From NCBI GenBank assembly GCA_951406725.2, contig OX597822.1:76446001-76510000 (forward strand): DNA of 64,000 nt, written 5' to 3'. The notes under the pieces are model-generated. The model was not told the DNA's origin, did no database searches, and saw nothing but the letters and a program-made list of their open reading frames with translations. The stretch's first letter is position 1. Every line of letters begins with the position of its first letter. Below, in pieces: positions 37,763-51,066 of this stretch. This DNA is from Octopus vulgaris. Its lineage: Eukaryota. The position numbers were made by a program, and so were the translations under genes.

Positions 37763-40417
37763 TTTGCTTGTTTTACTTAATAGACTGTGGTCATGCTGGG
37801 GCATAATTGACTATATTCACCCCGCTGCCAAATTTCAGGCTTTCTGCCAATGCCAAACCAAGAAATCAATAATTACCATTTTCTTGATTGAACACTAAAT
37901 GACAAAATGGTTTATCAATGTATTTACTTAATTCCACGGAGATTCTTTAATAACGACTTTATTTCTATAGATGCTCCAAATCTTTCTCGACCAAATTAGT
38001 TTTGATCTACACAGTCACGATTTTTGTCATATACATATAGATAGACATATATATTTCTTTTTATATAGAGTGTGTGTAAGATATTTGAGGACAGATTTAT
38101 GTTTATATAAAAAACAGATATATAATAACAGGTAATAACTTTATAAAAAATGCTATGAGGATAAAAATAAACCTTCTTTTCTATAATGTGATTCAATAAA
38201 TCCACCTTCAGCTTCAGCAACTGCTTCTGTATGAGATCTAAATCATCTACAGCATGGCCGCAGTCCAATGATTGAAACAAGTAACAGATAAAAGACAATT
38301 TATAATTTTAATAGGAGCTCTTTATACCTGGCAGTTTTGTGTCAAAGAGCCAGGTGTAATCTCAGGTGGAGTGGAATGAAAACGATTAATAAATGTTCAT
38401 ATATAAAGTGCTTAATTATGATGAAAATGGAAATATGAGTGTTAGCCTAATTGAGTTGTAAGATCATCATCAAAGTCTTCATCTTCTGGTAACATCTTGT
38501 GGACTTGTCAAATTCTATTTGACATATGGCCTGGAATTGCAAGTGTGAGATGTGAAGTAAGACGGAGTAGCTCAACTGGAAGTTGAACCTGTACCACCAG
38601 AAATTCAGCTGACTAAAAACTTATAAACCACTCCACAACACTTCCACAGACTAAGTGAGGGAACGTCTATGTGGTTTGACCTGTTAGAAATAACAACCAA
38701 ATCTACCTAAAACGCAAGCAACATTTTACCTTCTTTAAAAATATAAAAGGATACATTGAACAATGTCATTTTAGATAATTTTTTTCTAAAACTAGATCAA
38801 ATGGTCATGGCTGGAAGGCCTTTGATTAGAGGTCTGTTGAATTAAAATTAACTTGGAGTTACAAGTTTATTAGCACATTGGGTAACCTACAGATGATTAT
38901 CAATTTAATTTTCATTTCCTTTTCATTTAACGACCACTTTTCTATGCTAGCATGCGTCAGACGAAATTTGTTGAGGCCGATTCTGTTTCTGTGACCAGAT
39001 GTCCTTCCAATTGCCAACCCTCACCTACTTCCAAACAAGGTAATATTTTCCCCATAGTCAGACATTTCTTTCACAGAAGACAGGAGCTGAACAACTTTGC
39101 TTGTTTGATGAAGATGCTGCTCATATGCAACCATTACTGAATGTTTAGACAAATGTACACATAAACACACACACATCTTATACACATGCACACACACACT
39201 CACTCACAACCACACACACACATCTATACACATGCACATATACACACAACCACGCACACACATCTTATGCATGTGTACACTCACAATGCATCTATACACA
39301 CACACATATTTACGCACAAGCATGCACAGACACACACATACACACATGCATATATATATATACACACACATACACACCCTATACACATTCACACACACAC
39401 ACCTAATAAACATGCTCATATGTATATATACACATGCACACACACCATATGCATACACAACCACGCACCCACACATGCATACACACACACTCACATAGAA
39501 CTCGTTCCAAAACCTCTATCAGAAGAGACAATGAAAAACACCACCCCAACCGTCCTCCTCTTCCTCCCCCTCCCCCCGTCCTCCTCTCCGTGCACCCATC
39601 CTCGTAGCTTTACATTAGACATTTATCCAAGATATTGTCAGATTTGCTCCATGGATTCTGAATGATGCAAAAACTAAAGACATTTTCAGGGTGGGGTTAG
39701 GGAGGAAGGAGAGGAAAGAGAAAGGAGGCGGCGGTGGGGTGGGGTGAGGAGTAGGGGTTTCTGTTTACTGTGACTGAGATTCATGGAATTTTACGAGGGT
39801 GTATTGTGGGGAGTAAGAGATTTTGGTGATGGGGGGGGGGGGGGAAGCAGGAGGCAGACGGAGAGGCTGGCGTATTGCGAACACGACGAGGCTGGTGGGA
39901 TTCTAGCAAGGATCTTGTAGGGTGCGGAATTGTATGTGTGTAAGAATGGGAGAGCAGCGATCATGTGAAGATTGTAGCCATAATTGAATGAAAATAATCT
40001 AGCTAGCCATCTATCTATCAATCCATCCACATACCTATTCATCTCTCTATCTATCTCTCTGCCTATCTATCTATCTACCTATCTATCTATTTCTATATAC
40101 ATATATAATGTATGCCTCTCTCTCTCTCTCTATATATATATGTATATATATATATATATATATATACAAACACACACATACATATATGTATATATATATA
40201 ATATATCTGAAGACTAGTGTTATTGAAATTACAAAGATATAATCTAATAAATGTGAAAATCACACTTGTCATCTTTGATGGAATGTTTGGCCAGATTTGG
40301 TTGAAGTTTCCTTATTATTTATAGCATGAAGATGAAGAAAATTCTATGAGCATAAACAACTCATCGATATATACATAAATATATGTATTTATATATGTAT
40401 GTGTATATGTATGTATG

Positions 40418-40472
<55 letters not shown>

Positions 40473-40628
40473 ATATGTATGTATGTATATGCATGCATGC
40501 ATATATATATATAGGTATGTGTATATGTATGCATGCATATATATGTATGTGTATATGTATGTATGCATATATATATATATGTATGTATGTATGTACGTAT
40601 GCATATATACATACACACAAACAAATAA

Positions 40629-40685
<57 letters not shown>

Positions 40686-41044
40686 CCTGCACATTATTTG
40701 TATATATATTCCCTATACTTCTTTTACTATATATTTATGTAATGGATACTGAGTTCCCAATAATCTTCTTCTTCAAGAGAGCGAGAGAGAGGTGATAACC
40801 AAAATGCGTTTCATCATGCTGTGCTAGAATTCTCTCTCGCCCATTAACTTTAGTAAATCCTCAGTTTCATATTGTTTGTTTCTGTCAATAACTTCAATAT
40901 AGTCAAGCGGTCTTTTGCCTTTATTAGACAATGGAGGTCTCCAAAATATAACATCTAATACAGCTGGTATTCAGAGAATAGCAGTGACCAGCAATGCTTA
41001 ACCAGCATTGAGCTACATTAATCTAGAGTAGATCAAAACATTGA

Positions 41045-41235
41045 TTTCAAATTGTGTTAGAAGGCAAGAAATTTTGGGAGAGAACCCCCGTATTCAATTG
41101 GTTTTTATTCTATCGACCCTGAAAGGACAAAAGGCAAAGTCAACCTCAGTGGAACTTGAACTCAGAACGTAAAGACACGTGAAATGCCACTTAGTATTTC
41201 GTCCAGTGTGCTAACAATTCTGCCAGCTCGCTGTC
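41045..41235 (-). mobile_element. SINE family C
   Basis: Reverse complement of the GAGCTGGCAGAATTGTTAGCAC head. Confidence 0.7.
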
Positions 41236-41239
41236 TTAA

Positions 41240-41469
41240 ACCTTTCGTTACCATATTTCTGTTGAGATGTTTTGTGTTTCTTACAATTGATTTTAAATAT
41301 AACAAAGAATTTAGTAAATTAACTTAGTTATCATGAAACTAGTGTTAAGTACATAAATTGTGACTAAGGTTTGTTGGAAGATTTTAATTCAGAACTTATG
41401 AAAACAAGAAAACAAGACATTTGTACTGCAGAACCAGAAGCGGTTTCTGCCGGGCTGGTATGAAGAGAG
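41240..41469 (+). mobile_element. piggyBac-like MITE, copy 1
   Basis: TTAA-ACCTTTCGTTACC 5' end with degenerate inverted 3' end; ~230 bp similar to the adjacent copy. Confidence 0.55.
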
Positions 41470-41500
41470 TAAAGAATTATTTCTTTATTATATATTTTAA

Positions 41501-41724
41501 CTCTTTTATGATCATATTTCTGTTGAGATGCTCTGTGTTTCTTTCAATCAATCTTAAATACAACGAAGAATTTAGTAAAATAACTTAGTTATCATTCAGC
41601 TAGTGTTAAGAACATAAATTGTGATTACGGTTTGGTGGAAGATTTTAATTCAAAACTTATTAAAACAAAACGTTTTTGTACTACAGTGTCAGAACTAGTT
41701 TCAGCCAAGTTGCTATCAAAAGGT
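41501..41724 (+). mobile_element. piggyBac-like MITE, copy 2
   Basis: TTAA flanks, CTCTTTT...AAAAGGT ends. Confidence 0.55.
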
Positions 41725-42139
41725 TTAAAGTAGAATTGAATATTAATACATCTTCATTTATCAAGGAAGTTTGGTTCCAAAAAGCAGAATGATAAATAAA
41801 TCATCTCTATGCTTATCCTTCACTGAGCTACAATAATCTGGAGCAGAGCTAAGATAATGTAGTCCAATATCCATGCAAGGATATAAATTCAAAACACGGA
41901 AGATATACAAATATTAATACATCTTCGTTTATCAGAGAAGTTTTGTTGCAAAAAAAATCCCAGTGATGAATGGGTCGTCTCTGCGTAGTTAGTAAATAGA
42001 AAGAATGCTTAAGATTCATTGACATTAAACTTAACAGTCTACAGCAGCAAAGCTTCCACCTTCGTGTATTTTCTTAATCATCTCTATCTTTCCCTGTAGA
42101 AAAATACATTTGTTTGCATCATGTGTTGGGATCAGGCAT

Positions 42140-42360
42140 ATCATCGTCATCATCATCATCAAATGTCCGTTTTCCATGCTGGTATGGGTTGAATAGTTTG
42201 ACAGGAGGTGGTAAGCTGGAGAGCTGCACCAGGCCCCAACTGTCTGTTTTGGCACGTTTTCTATCACAGGATGTGCCTCCAAATGCCACCCCCTTTACAG
42301 AGTGAACTGGGTGCTTTTTATGTGATGCAAAAAAAGGTGCTTTTTGTGTAGTACCATCAC
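42140..42360 (-). mobile_element. RTE 3' end
   Basis: (CAT)n-AATGTCCGTTTTCCATGCTGG. Confidence 0.65.
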
Positions 42361-42764
42361 CTTCGTATTTTTTCTGTTTACTGGTCCTATGTTGAAGGGT
42401 TAGAGTATATAAATCTATAAAACAAACCATACAGCCTCACTGCATGGTCTGGTGACAGTCAGAAAATATTAGGTAGCAGCTGAGAACTGCCGGTGGTCCC
42501 TGGGTCATGTTTTTGTAGTATAACCAGAGTTTTCAAATGATTGCCAACGTGTGTTATCACAGGCAAACCTGTGATTAGTGAGACATGGCTCATAACCTGG
42601 ACTCCTACACTTCGGCTGCATCTCTCCTACCCATGTATTACACTGGACTCTTTCTTTGATGAGAAATCACTCCAATACACCATGACGTTTGAACCTTTTG
42701 AACTTTTCTAAACTTTTTGTACTTAGTGCTCTTTCCTATTGTCATTTCTCTCAACCTGCTCTTG

Positions 42765-43177
42765 TTCACCATGATAGATCCCTAGCCACTAATTCTTTTT
42801 CTTTTTCCTCTCCCTTTTTATTTCTGTGTTCCTTTCTGCTGAAGAGTGCAGGCTCGAAATGTAAAAGACTTTCTCACTTCCCAAGCATTAAACTAATACA
42901 TCTGTTTGTTGTTTACACATCCATCTTCGTCTTTTATTTTTGTAAATTCTCACGATATATAATGTATATATTACAGAGATTTCACCATGATAGATCGCTA
43001 GCCACTAAACCTTTTTCTATTTTCTCTCCCTGTTTATTTCTGTGTTTCTTTCTGCAGAAGAGCATAGGCTCGAAACATGAAAAGCTTTCTCACTTCCCGA
43101 GCATTAAACTAATACATCTGTTTGTTGTTTACATATCCATCTTCATCTTTTGTCTTTTTGTAAATTCTCACTATATG
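42765..43177 (+). mobile_element. Tandem 216-bp units each with a minimal hammerhead-like motif
   Basis: Units start at 42765 and 42981; CTTT-CTGCTGA-A-GAGT GCAG GCTC-GAAATGTA-AAAG (42832-42867) and CTTT-CTGCAGA-A-GAGC ATAG GCTC-GAAACATG-AAAAG (43048-43084). Confidence 0.6.
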
Positions 43178-43958
43178 ATACATGTATTTGTATATTGAGG
43201 AATTGTGAATAAGTTACTCACTGTAATTCCATGAGCCATTCTAATCCCATTCAGTATTACACATATTATGCCTGCAGACTATGTGAAAAGTACAATTGCC
43301 TGAGGAATACTCAGGCATGCTTGAATTTGTTGCTCTCTTGATGGAACATATGGAAACTTTGTTTGGCTAGATAATTCAGTGTATGAAACAGTTTTACAGA
43401 TACATACACTTGCAGGCACACCATCACACACACACACACATACACACACACACACACACTCATACACACACACACATACATGCACATACACCATCACACA
43501 CACACACATGCACACACACACATACTATCACACACATATGCATACACACACCATCACATACAAACATGCACTATCACACACACATGCACACACACACCAT
43601 CACACACATGCACACACACACACATACACCATTACACTCATACATACATGCATATACACCATCACACACACACTATCACACACACACCATCACACACACA
43701 CATTATCATACACACACACCATCATACCATCACACACACTATCACACACATGCACACACACACCATTACACTGACACACACATGCACTTACACATACTTT
43801 TCATTCTTTCAGAGACTGACTTAAATTTTGCCAAGGGGAGAAATACTCGAATAAATCATACGTATACCCATACGTGTGTGTGTTTGCATGTATGTTTGTG
43901 TGTATGTAAATATTTATATGTATATATATGTGTGCATGTGTGTATATACTTCGTGCAT

Positions 43959-44323
43959 GGAGGTGCAATGGCCCACTGGTTAGGGCAGCGGACTCGAGAT
44001 CATAGGATCACGGTTTCAATTCCCAGACCAAGCATTGTGAGTGTTTATTGAGCGAAAACACCTAAATCTCCACGAGGCTCCTGCAGGGGATAATGGCGAA
44101 CCCTGCTGTACTTTTTCTCTCACTCTTTCTTCTGGTTTCTGATGTACTTGTATTTCAAAGGGCCAGCCTTGTCCCACTCTGTGTCACACTGAATCTCCCT
44201 GAGAACTACTTTAAGGGTTCACATGTCTGTGGAGTGCTCAGCCACTTGCACCTTAATTTCACGAGCAAGCTGTTCCGTTGATGAGATCAACTGGAACCCT
44301 AGTCGTCATAACCGACGGAGTGC
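43959..44323 (+). mobile_element. OR1-like SINE with the tail of the CORE-like SINE
   Basis: Head matches 23982-24286; tail matches 1860-2040. Confidence 0.8.
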
Positions 44324-44397
44324 TGTAGTAATATATACATACATACATACATACATATATATCATCATCATCATCATCATCGTTTAGCGTCCATTTT

Positions 44398-44450
<53 letters not shown>

Positions 44451-44451
<1 letters not shown>

Positions 44452-44971
44452 CTTTGCTGAATCTCACCAGGAGGAAATCGTTGAACCACCATCTGTGAGT
44501 TATCAGAATATGCAGATTAATTGCAGTTCATTTCAGTTCATTATCACTGAAGATTTGGGAATGAGACACACGTCTGCCAAGTCTGTGCAAAACTGCTTTC
44601 AGATAACCAAAAAGACACTCAGGTTTCACTTGCACAAGATCTTGATTCTGTTGAGAATGATGATAACTTTTTGAAAACTTTGCCTAGGCCTCTGAGATGG
44701 TATCGCCAAGCTTTTGGCAAATTTGATGTAGATTCTCTGCTAAACTTTCTCTGTCATGTTCATTGCAATGATTATATGCTACACACCTTCCTTCCAAGCA
44801 CTGCTGTAAACAGCAGAAGTAAGCTAGAATGTTAAAACTTAGTGTACATGCACAACAGAGTTCAAGGTCACTCTGTGCCAAGCAGCTTCACTCTGTGCCA
44901 AGCAGCTTCACTCTGAGTGCTTTAGCTTTGTTACCATGGCAACAATCCAGATACTTATTGATTAGACCACA
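44451..44971. mobile_element. Mariner remnant: transposase fragment + inverted left end
   Basis: Frameshifted + strand peptide IITEDLGMRHTSAKSV/KLLSDNQKDTQVSLAQDL/VENDDNFLKTL; right part is the reverse complement of the left end of 3981-4395. Confidence 0.75.
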
Positions 44972-45003
44972 TATATATAGATAGATAGATGGATGGTTGG
45001 ATG

Positions 45004-45051
<48 letters not shown>

Positions 45052-45511
45052 TGTGTGTATGTGTATGTATATACCCATACATATACTAATCCACTTTTAT
45101 TGTTCAAGTAATTTTCTCTCGGTTCCAGGTCACTTCCATTGTATAGCATGTATCTGCTATTGATAGGCATCTATTAAGACAAGGAAAATATACTCTTGGT
45201 TCATCATATTCCTCTTGCTTCTTCCAACACAATCCAATACTTTGCAACTACCATCGCTATTAATGAACTCTGTTCTACTGATGTTAAGTTGGCTGTGAAT
45301 CCATTCTTTGCTATAAGTGTGAATTTAATTAGTCCATTCAGTTTGCATCTTTTAAAAGAGGAATATATTTCATACGAGGTTATTTGATTATATCTGTAAT
45401 TAGAATTCAATTGTAAAATTGTATTCCGTGTTTATTTCATAGGAGTGAAGAAAATGATATCTTTATATGTATGTGCTTGTCTATGTCTATGCATATATAT
45501 AATATATAATA

Positions 45512-45910
45512 GGCGCAGGATTGGTTGTGTAGTAAGTAGCTTGCTTACCAACTACATGGTTACGGGTTCAGTCCCACTGCGTGGCATCTTGGGCAGCTGT
45601 CTTCTACTATAGCCTCGGCTTGACCAAAGCCTTGTGAGTGGAATTGGTAGACAGAAACTGAAAGAAACCCGTTGTATATATGTATGTAATATATATATAT
45701 ATATGTATGCGGGTGTGTGTATTTGTATGTCTGTATTTGTTCCCGCCCCCCCAACATCACATGACAACCAATGCTGGTGTGTTTACGTCCATGTTAGCAG
45801 TTCGGCAAAGGAGACCAATTGAATAAGTACTAGTTTTACAAAGAATAAACCCCGGGTGCTCCAGCATGGCCGCAGTCAAATGACCGAAACAAATAAAAGA
45901 ATAAAAGAAT
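45512..45910 (+). mobile_element. SINE family A, near full length
   Basis: GGCGCAGG head, conserved tail. Confidence 0.85.
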
Positions 45911-46086
45911 ATATATATATAATCATCGTTTATCATCATCATTGAATGTCTGCCTTCCATGCTGGTATGGGTTGGATGGTTTGACAGGAGCCAGCCAGGC
46001 AGAAGACTGCATCAGACTTCTGTATCTATTTTGGTATGGTTTTTATGGTTGGATGCTCTTCCTGACACCAACTCAGCTGAGTGATG

Positions 46087-46139
<53 letters not shown>

Positions 46140-46509
46140 GTTAATATCGAGCAGTGAGAATAAGTGCTCAGCAATGCATTGGTGGATAAATATTCTTCAT
46201 TTGTGGGTCAACAAAGCTACCAATGGTTTCATGTAAGAGGAATCTCTTAACAATTATCAAACCTGTCATATGGGAATGTTGGGACTTGTCTCCATTTTGG
46301 TATTTTCATCCAAAATGGAGATAAATTCCAATGTTCCCATGTGGTGGACTCATAGTTGAGTAACACCTTACAGTTTTATCAGAGCTGCAATGCCTAAGTG
46401 AAATATATACACACCAATATAATGTTGCAGTAAGTGAACAGAGTTAGATCAAAAGGACAATAAACTACAAACCAAAACACATAGACACACACAATACAAT
46501 CATACTGGT

Positions 46510-46765
46510 CAAGACTCATCAAGCCAAGTGAAATCATAGCTGTGGCAGATGCCGGTGTCACATAACTGGCACCTGCTGATGCCAGTGGCATGTAAAAAAG
46601 CACCTGTTACACTCTTGGAGTGGTTGGTGTCAGGAAAGGCATCCAGCTGTAGAGACCATGCCAGACTGGAACCTGGTGCAGCTCTCCGGCTTACCAATTC
46701 CAGTCGAACCATCTAACCCATACCGGCATGGAAAACGGATGCTTGATGAAGATGAGTATGATGAT
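46510..46765 (+). mobile_element. RTE 3' end
   Basis: Conserved core and GAT tail. Confidence 0.7.
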
Positions 46766-46805
46766 GTGTTTATGACTGTGCCTGTGTGTTTAGACATATA
46801 TTTCA

Positions 46806-47140
46806 TTTTTTTTTTCATTTTATCTAGTTTCAGCTCACGAGCTGTGGCACCGCCATTCGGTGTTGCTACATGATTTTACTTCACGAATGCTTTTTAGCAA
46901 TTGACATTTGGTGCATAAGAGAGTTTGATGCAGCTGCCCTCATCTGCACCTCCTGCCGTGAAGTTGGTTCATCTGGGACACCTGACAGGAAGAGGTCCAG
47001 CTTTATCTTAAAGACATCTGCATCCACCCCATGCTAGTCTCTCAGGTCTTTTGGGAGGATATTGAAGAGCTGTGGACCTCTGAAGCCCAGGCTATCACAG
47101 TATCTTGTCCTACATCTTGATGGCAAATTTGGAGTCCTTG
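46806..47140 (-). mobile_element. CR1-group LINE 3' end (ORF2 C-terminus + 3' UTR)
   Basis: Minus strand SLGFRGPQLFNILPKDLRD*HGVDADVFKIKLDLFLSGVPDEPTSRQEVQMRAAASNSL; tail GGCGGTGCC..CAGCTCGTGAGCTGAAAC. Confidence 0.8.
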
Positions 47141-48243
47141 ATGGTATAAATTGTATTATATTCGAGAATGTAAGCTTCATTGTAAATCTTTGCATAAAAT
47201 GTAGAAATTTGTAAGCCTGTAACTGCCATTCTTAAGACACAAATCTCCAATCAATATATAGGTGTCTAAGACAGCCACATTCTGGATCGGATCATAAATA
47301 AAATTACATGCCTATGTTTAATAAACATACATTTAACCTTGCCATGCAAATAGACTTCATTGTTGATATATAAATTGATTGCAAACTAATAGCACCCATG
47401 TCTTTCTTAATGAATACTAATTAAGTCAAAACTAGAATTATCAGTATACTTGATACCAGATTAAAAAACATAATTTATACTTTAGCTGCCATACAGAGTA
47501 CATTAATTAAAGCATCCCTACCAAAAGAGAAATATTATTTGTAAATCTAGACATTGTATATGAAATGTTTGATAGCTAGAAACGGCTTGTTTTATTTAAA
47601 TAATATTAGAATCTCGTAACTCAACTGTTTCATAAACAGCTTTAAACTACTTCAACAGACTTTTCAATACGACAACATTTTCTATCAAAGTTTCTCGTCT
47701 CGTTTGTTTCCCTTTCTAGTCTTTATCCTTTATCTTCCATGCTCTTCGTTGTATTCTTGTTAAAATTGAACTCCTCCTCCTCCTCCTCTACTCTTCTCTT
47801 TCCTCCTCCTTCCTGCATAGATCTTATTCTCTAGGTGTATCCCTCCATCTGTTTGCTCCCTGCCTCTCCACACCCCACTACCACCACCACCACATCCAGT
47901 TTTTGTTCTTTATTTAAGCAGGAATAAAAATCACAATATGTTTTATATTCTCCGAAGAACTATTTAAATGGCGAAATGTGACTGCAACCTTACGATATAG
48001 TTATAAAATGTATGCATGCATGTATGTATGCATGTGTGTATGTATGTATGTGTGTTTGAATCTATGTGTGTGTGTGTGTGTGTGTGTAAATAGAACTATC
48101 TTTACACATGCATATATAACTATATGTATATATATGTGTAGGTAATATATATGTATATATCTGTATATAAATTTATCTATTACATATCTATATATGTATA
48201 TATGTGTATATATATATACATATATGTTCATATACATTTATAA

Positions 48244-48286
<43 letters not shown>

Positions 48287-48404
48287 CATATATACATTTA
48301 TAGATTTATATATATATATATTATATATATGTAAAGTTTTACATATATGCAGATCTTTATCACACTTTCTCTCTTTCTAAGTCTCTCTCTCTCTCACTAT
48401 ATAC

Positions 48405-48539
<135 letters not shown>

Positions 48540-48961
48540 GTATGTATGTATGTACACACACACGCTAACACATGCACACACCATATGTACACATAAAATT
48601 ATGTAAATGTGTTCTTTGTCTTTGTATATGAAACATTTATTGACGAAAACATTCACCACTAATAGACCCCAGCTCAATACAACCCACACAAAATTATCTG
48701 GCTACTTTCAAAACATTAACCAATAACAAGTCTCACTCTGAGTTTTTCTCTCTTTTCATATATTACTATATTATTTTATATACACACATATATACACACA
48801 CATGCATATATATGCTTTTGTGTTGTTTTTAGTGCCTTTTATTTTATGTATCATAGTTTTAAGTCAATATTTTATTAGATATTTTAATTAATTACATACT
48901 CATGTGTCTTTATAGTCCAATAGACACATGCATAAAGCCATAAAAATATAGATGTGTGTAG

Positions 48962-49042
<81 letters not shown>

Positions 49043-49172
49043 CATACACACTCACATGTATACGTATGTGTATATAGATATATGTATATAGATATCCTCA
49101 CATGCAAACCACATATATATAATATATATAAATCTATACATGTGTACATGATAGGTATATATATATATATAA

Positions 49173-49223
<51 letters not shown>

Positions 49224-49922
49224 CATACACGTGTGTGTACAGCTTGTTTATCCATTTCTCTTGCTGTATTTGTATGTATATATATATGTATGTGCAAGTA
49301 TTTGCATGTGTATGTGTGTTTGTCAAGCCATTTATTCTATTAAACTCAACCATAATTAGAAAATTCTTAAATGATATAAAATTTCACCAATCTCAAACAA
49401 AAACTTCGTTCATTATTCTTAGTAACAATTTTTCTATGCATATTTGTGTGTGTGTGCTGCATGTGTGTGTTGTGTTTATCTCCTTGCAACATGTGTGTGT
49501 GTGTGTGTGTACACGTGTCTTCATTCTTATGCACAGAACAGTATTATTTGTCTTAAGCATCTATGAGCATAACAACAAGTTTGTTAATGTGCTGTTGTTT
49601 TTTTTTATCGTTAAATATATGCTCTGCAAACTTATGTTTGCGGGTGTATATATATTTTAACTTATGTGAGGCCATACTTGTGTGTATATGTGTCTTCCTC
49701 TGCATGTGTGTGTCTGTGGCGTATGTGTACACACAACAAGTAACCAATTGCAGTCTGTATATCCCCAAAATAGAATATTTATCCACCAATGTAGTGTTGA
49801 ACATTCATTCTCACTGTTCAATATTTATACATAAATATTAGCTTATAAAATATTATTATTTACAGAACTGTCACTCATCGCTGCTTCTTAAATCATTGAG
49901 GAATACATATATATATTTATTA

Positions 49923-50090
49923 TAGGTATAGGTGTGGAAGTGTGGTAAGAAGCTTGCTTCCAAACCACATGGTTCCAAGTTCAGTCCCACTGTGTGACAT
50001 CATGGGCAAGTGTCTTCTACTAAAGCCTCAGGCTGACCAAAGCCTTGTGAGTGGATTTGGTAGATGAGAACTGAAAAAAGCCCATTGTAT
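49923..50090 (+). mobile_element. SINE family A head
   Basis: GTGTGGTAAGAAGCTTGCTTCC...GTTCAGTCCCACTG. Confidence 0.7.
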
Positions 50091-50199
50091 GTATATATAT
50101 ACAGAATTTGAGGAAGCAATATCCATGTAAATGGATTGTTAAAAACAATCCTGATGCCAACTGGGTTTAACCAAATATATTTTTTGGAAGATCATCAAT

Positions 50200-50801
50200 A
50201 TCATCATCATCATCATCATTGTTTAATGTCCGTTTTCCATGCTGGCATGGGTTGGATGGTTCGACTAGGGTCTGGGAAGCTAGGAGGCTGCACCAGGCTC
50301 CAGCTGATGTGGCAGTGTTTCTACAGTTGGATTCCCTCGCTAACGCCAACTACTCCAAGAGTGTAGTGGATGCTTTTTATGTGCCACCGGCAAGGAAGCT
50401 GCAATGACCATGATTGGTTGGGGCTTTTATATGTGCCACCAGCACTGAAGCCAGTCAAGGCAGCACTGGCATCAGCCATGTTCAGATGCTGCTTTTTACG
50501 TGCTACCAGCAGAGGGATTACAGCTACAATTTCCATTTGATTTGATTTTGATATTGCTGTTGATGTTGATGTACTTGACTCAATAGGTCTCCTGAAGCAC
50601 AGCATGTCACCATACGATCCAAGGTACTTTTGAGTGGGCTGGTTATGTGACACTGGTGTAGGTTACAGCTGTGAACTCACTTTATTTGCCAGGTCTTCTC
50701 AGTCACAGCATATCGCCAGAAGTCTTGGTCTTTTGTCATTGCCTCTGTGAGGCCCAGCATTCAAAGGTCATGCTTCACCACTTCATCCCATGTCTTCTTG
50801 G
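50200..50801 (-). mobile_element. RTE-clade LINE, 5'-truncated (ORF C-terminus 50677-50801 + 3' UTR)
   Basis: Minus strand KKTWDEVVKHDL*MLGLTEAMTKDQDFWRYAVTEKT matches the RTE C-terminal GRPxKTW..DL..A.DR..WR pattern; (GAT)n tail. Confidence 0.85.
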
Positions 50802-50911
50802 TTATGGGTTCAGTTCCACTGTGTGGCACCATGGGCAAGTATCTTCTTTTATAGCCTCGGACCAACTAAAGCCATGTTAGTGGATTTGGTAGATGGAAAG
50901 TGAAAGAAGCC

Positions 50912-50944
<33 letters not shown>

Positions 50945-51030
50945 TTAGTGTCCGTTTTCCATGCTAGCATGGGTTGGACGATTCTACTGGGGTCTGTGAA
51001 GCCAGAAGGCTTCATCAGGCCCAATATATA

Positions 51031-51066
<36 letters not shown>

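Noticed and set aside
47690-47840. Second AG|GT site after a pyrimidine tract (CTAG|GTGTAT)
   Set aside because: Weak donor within a generic CT-rich low-complexity tract
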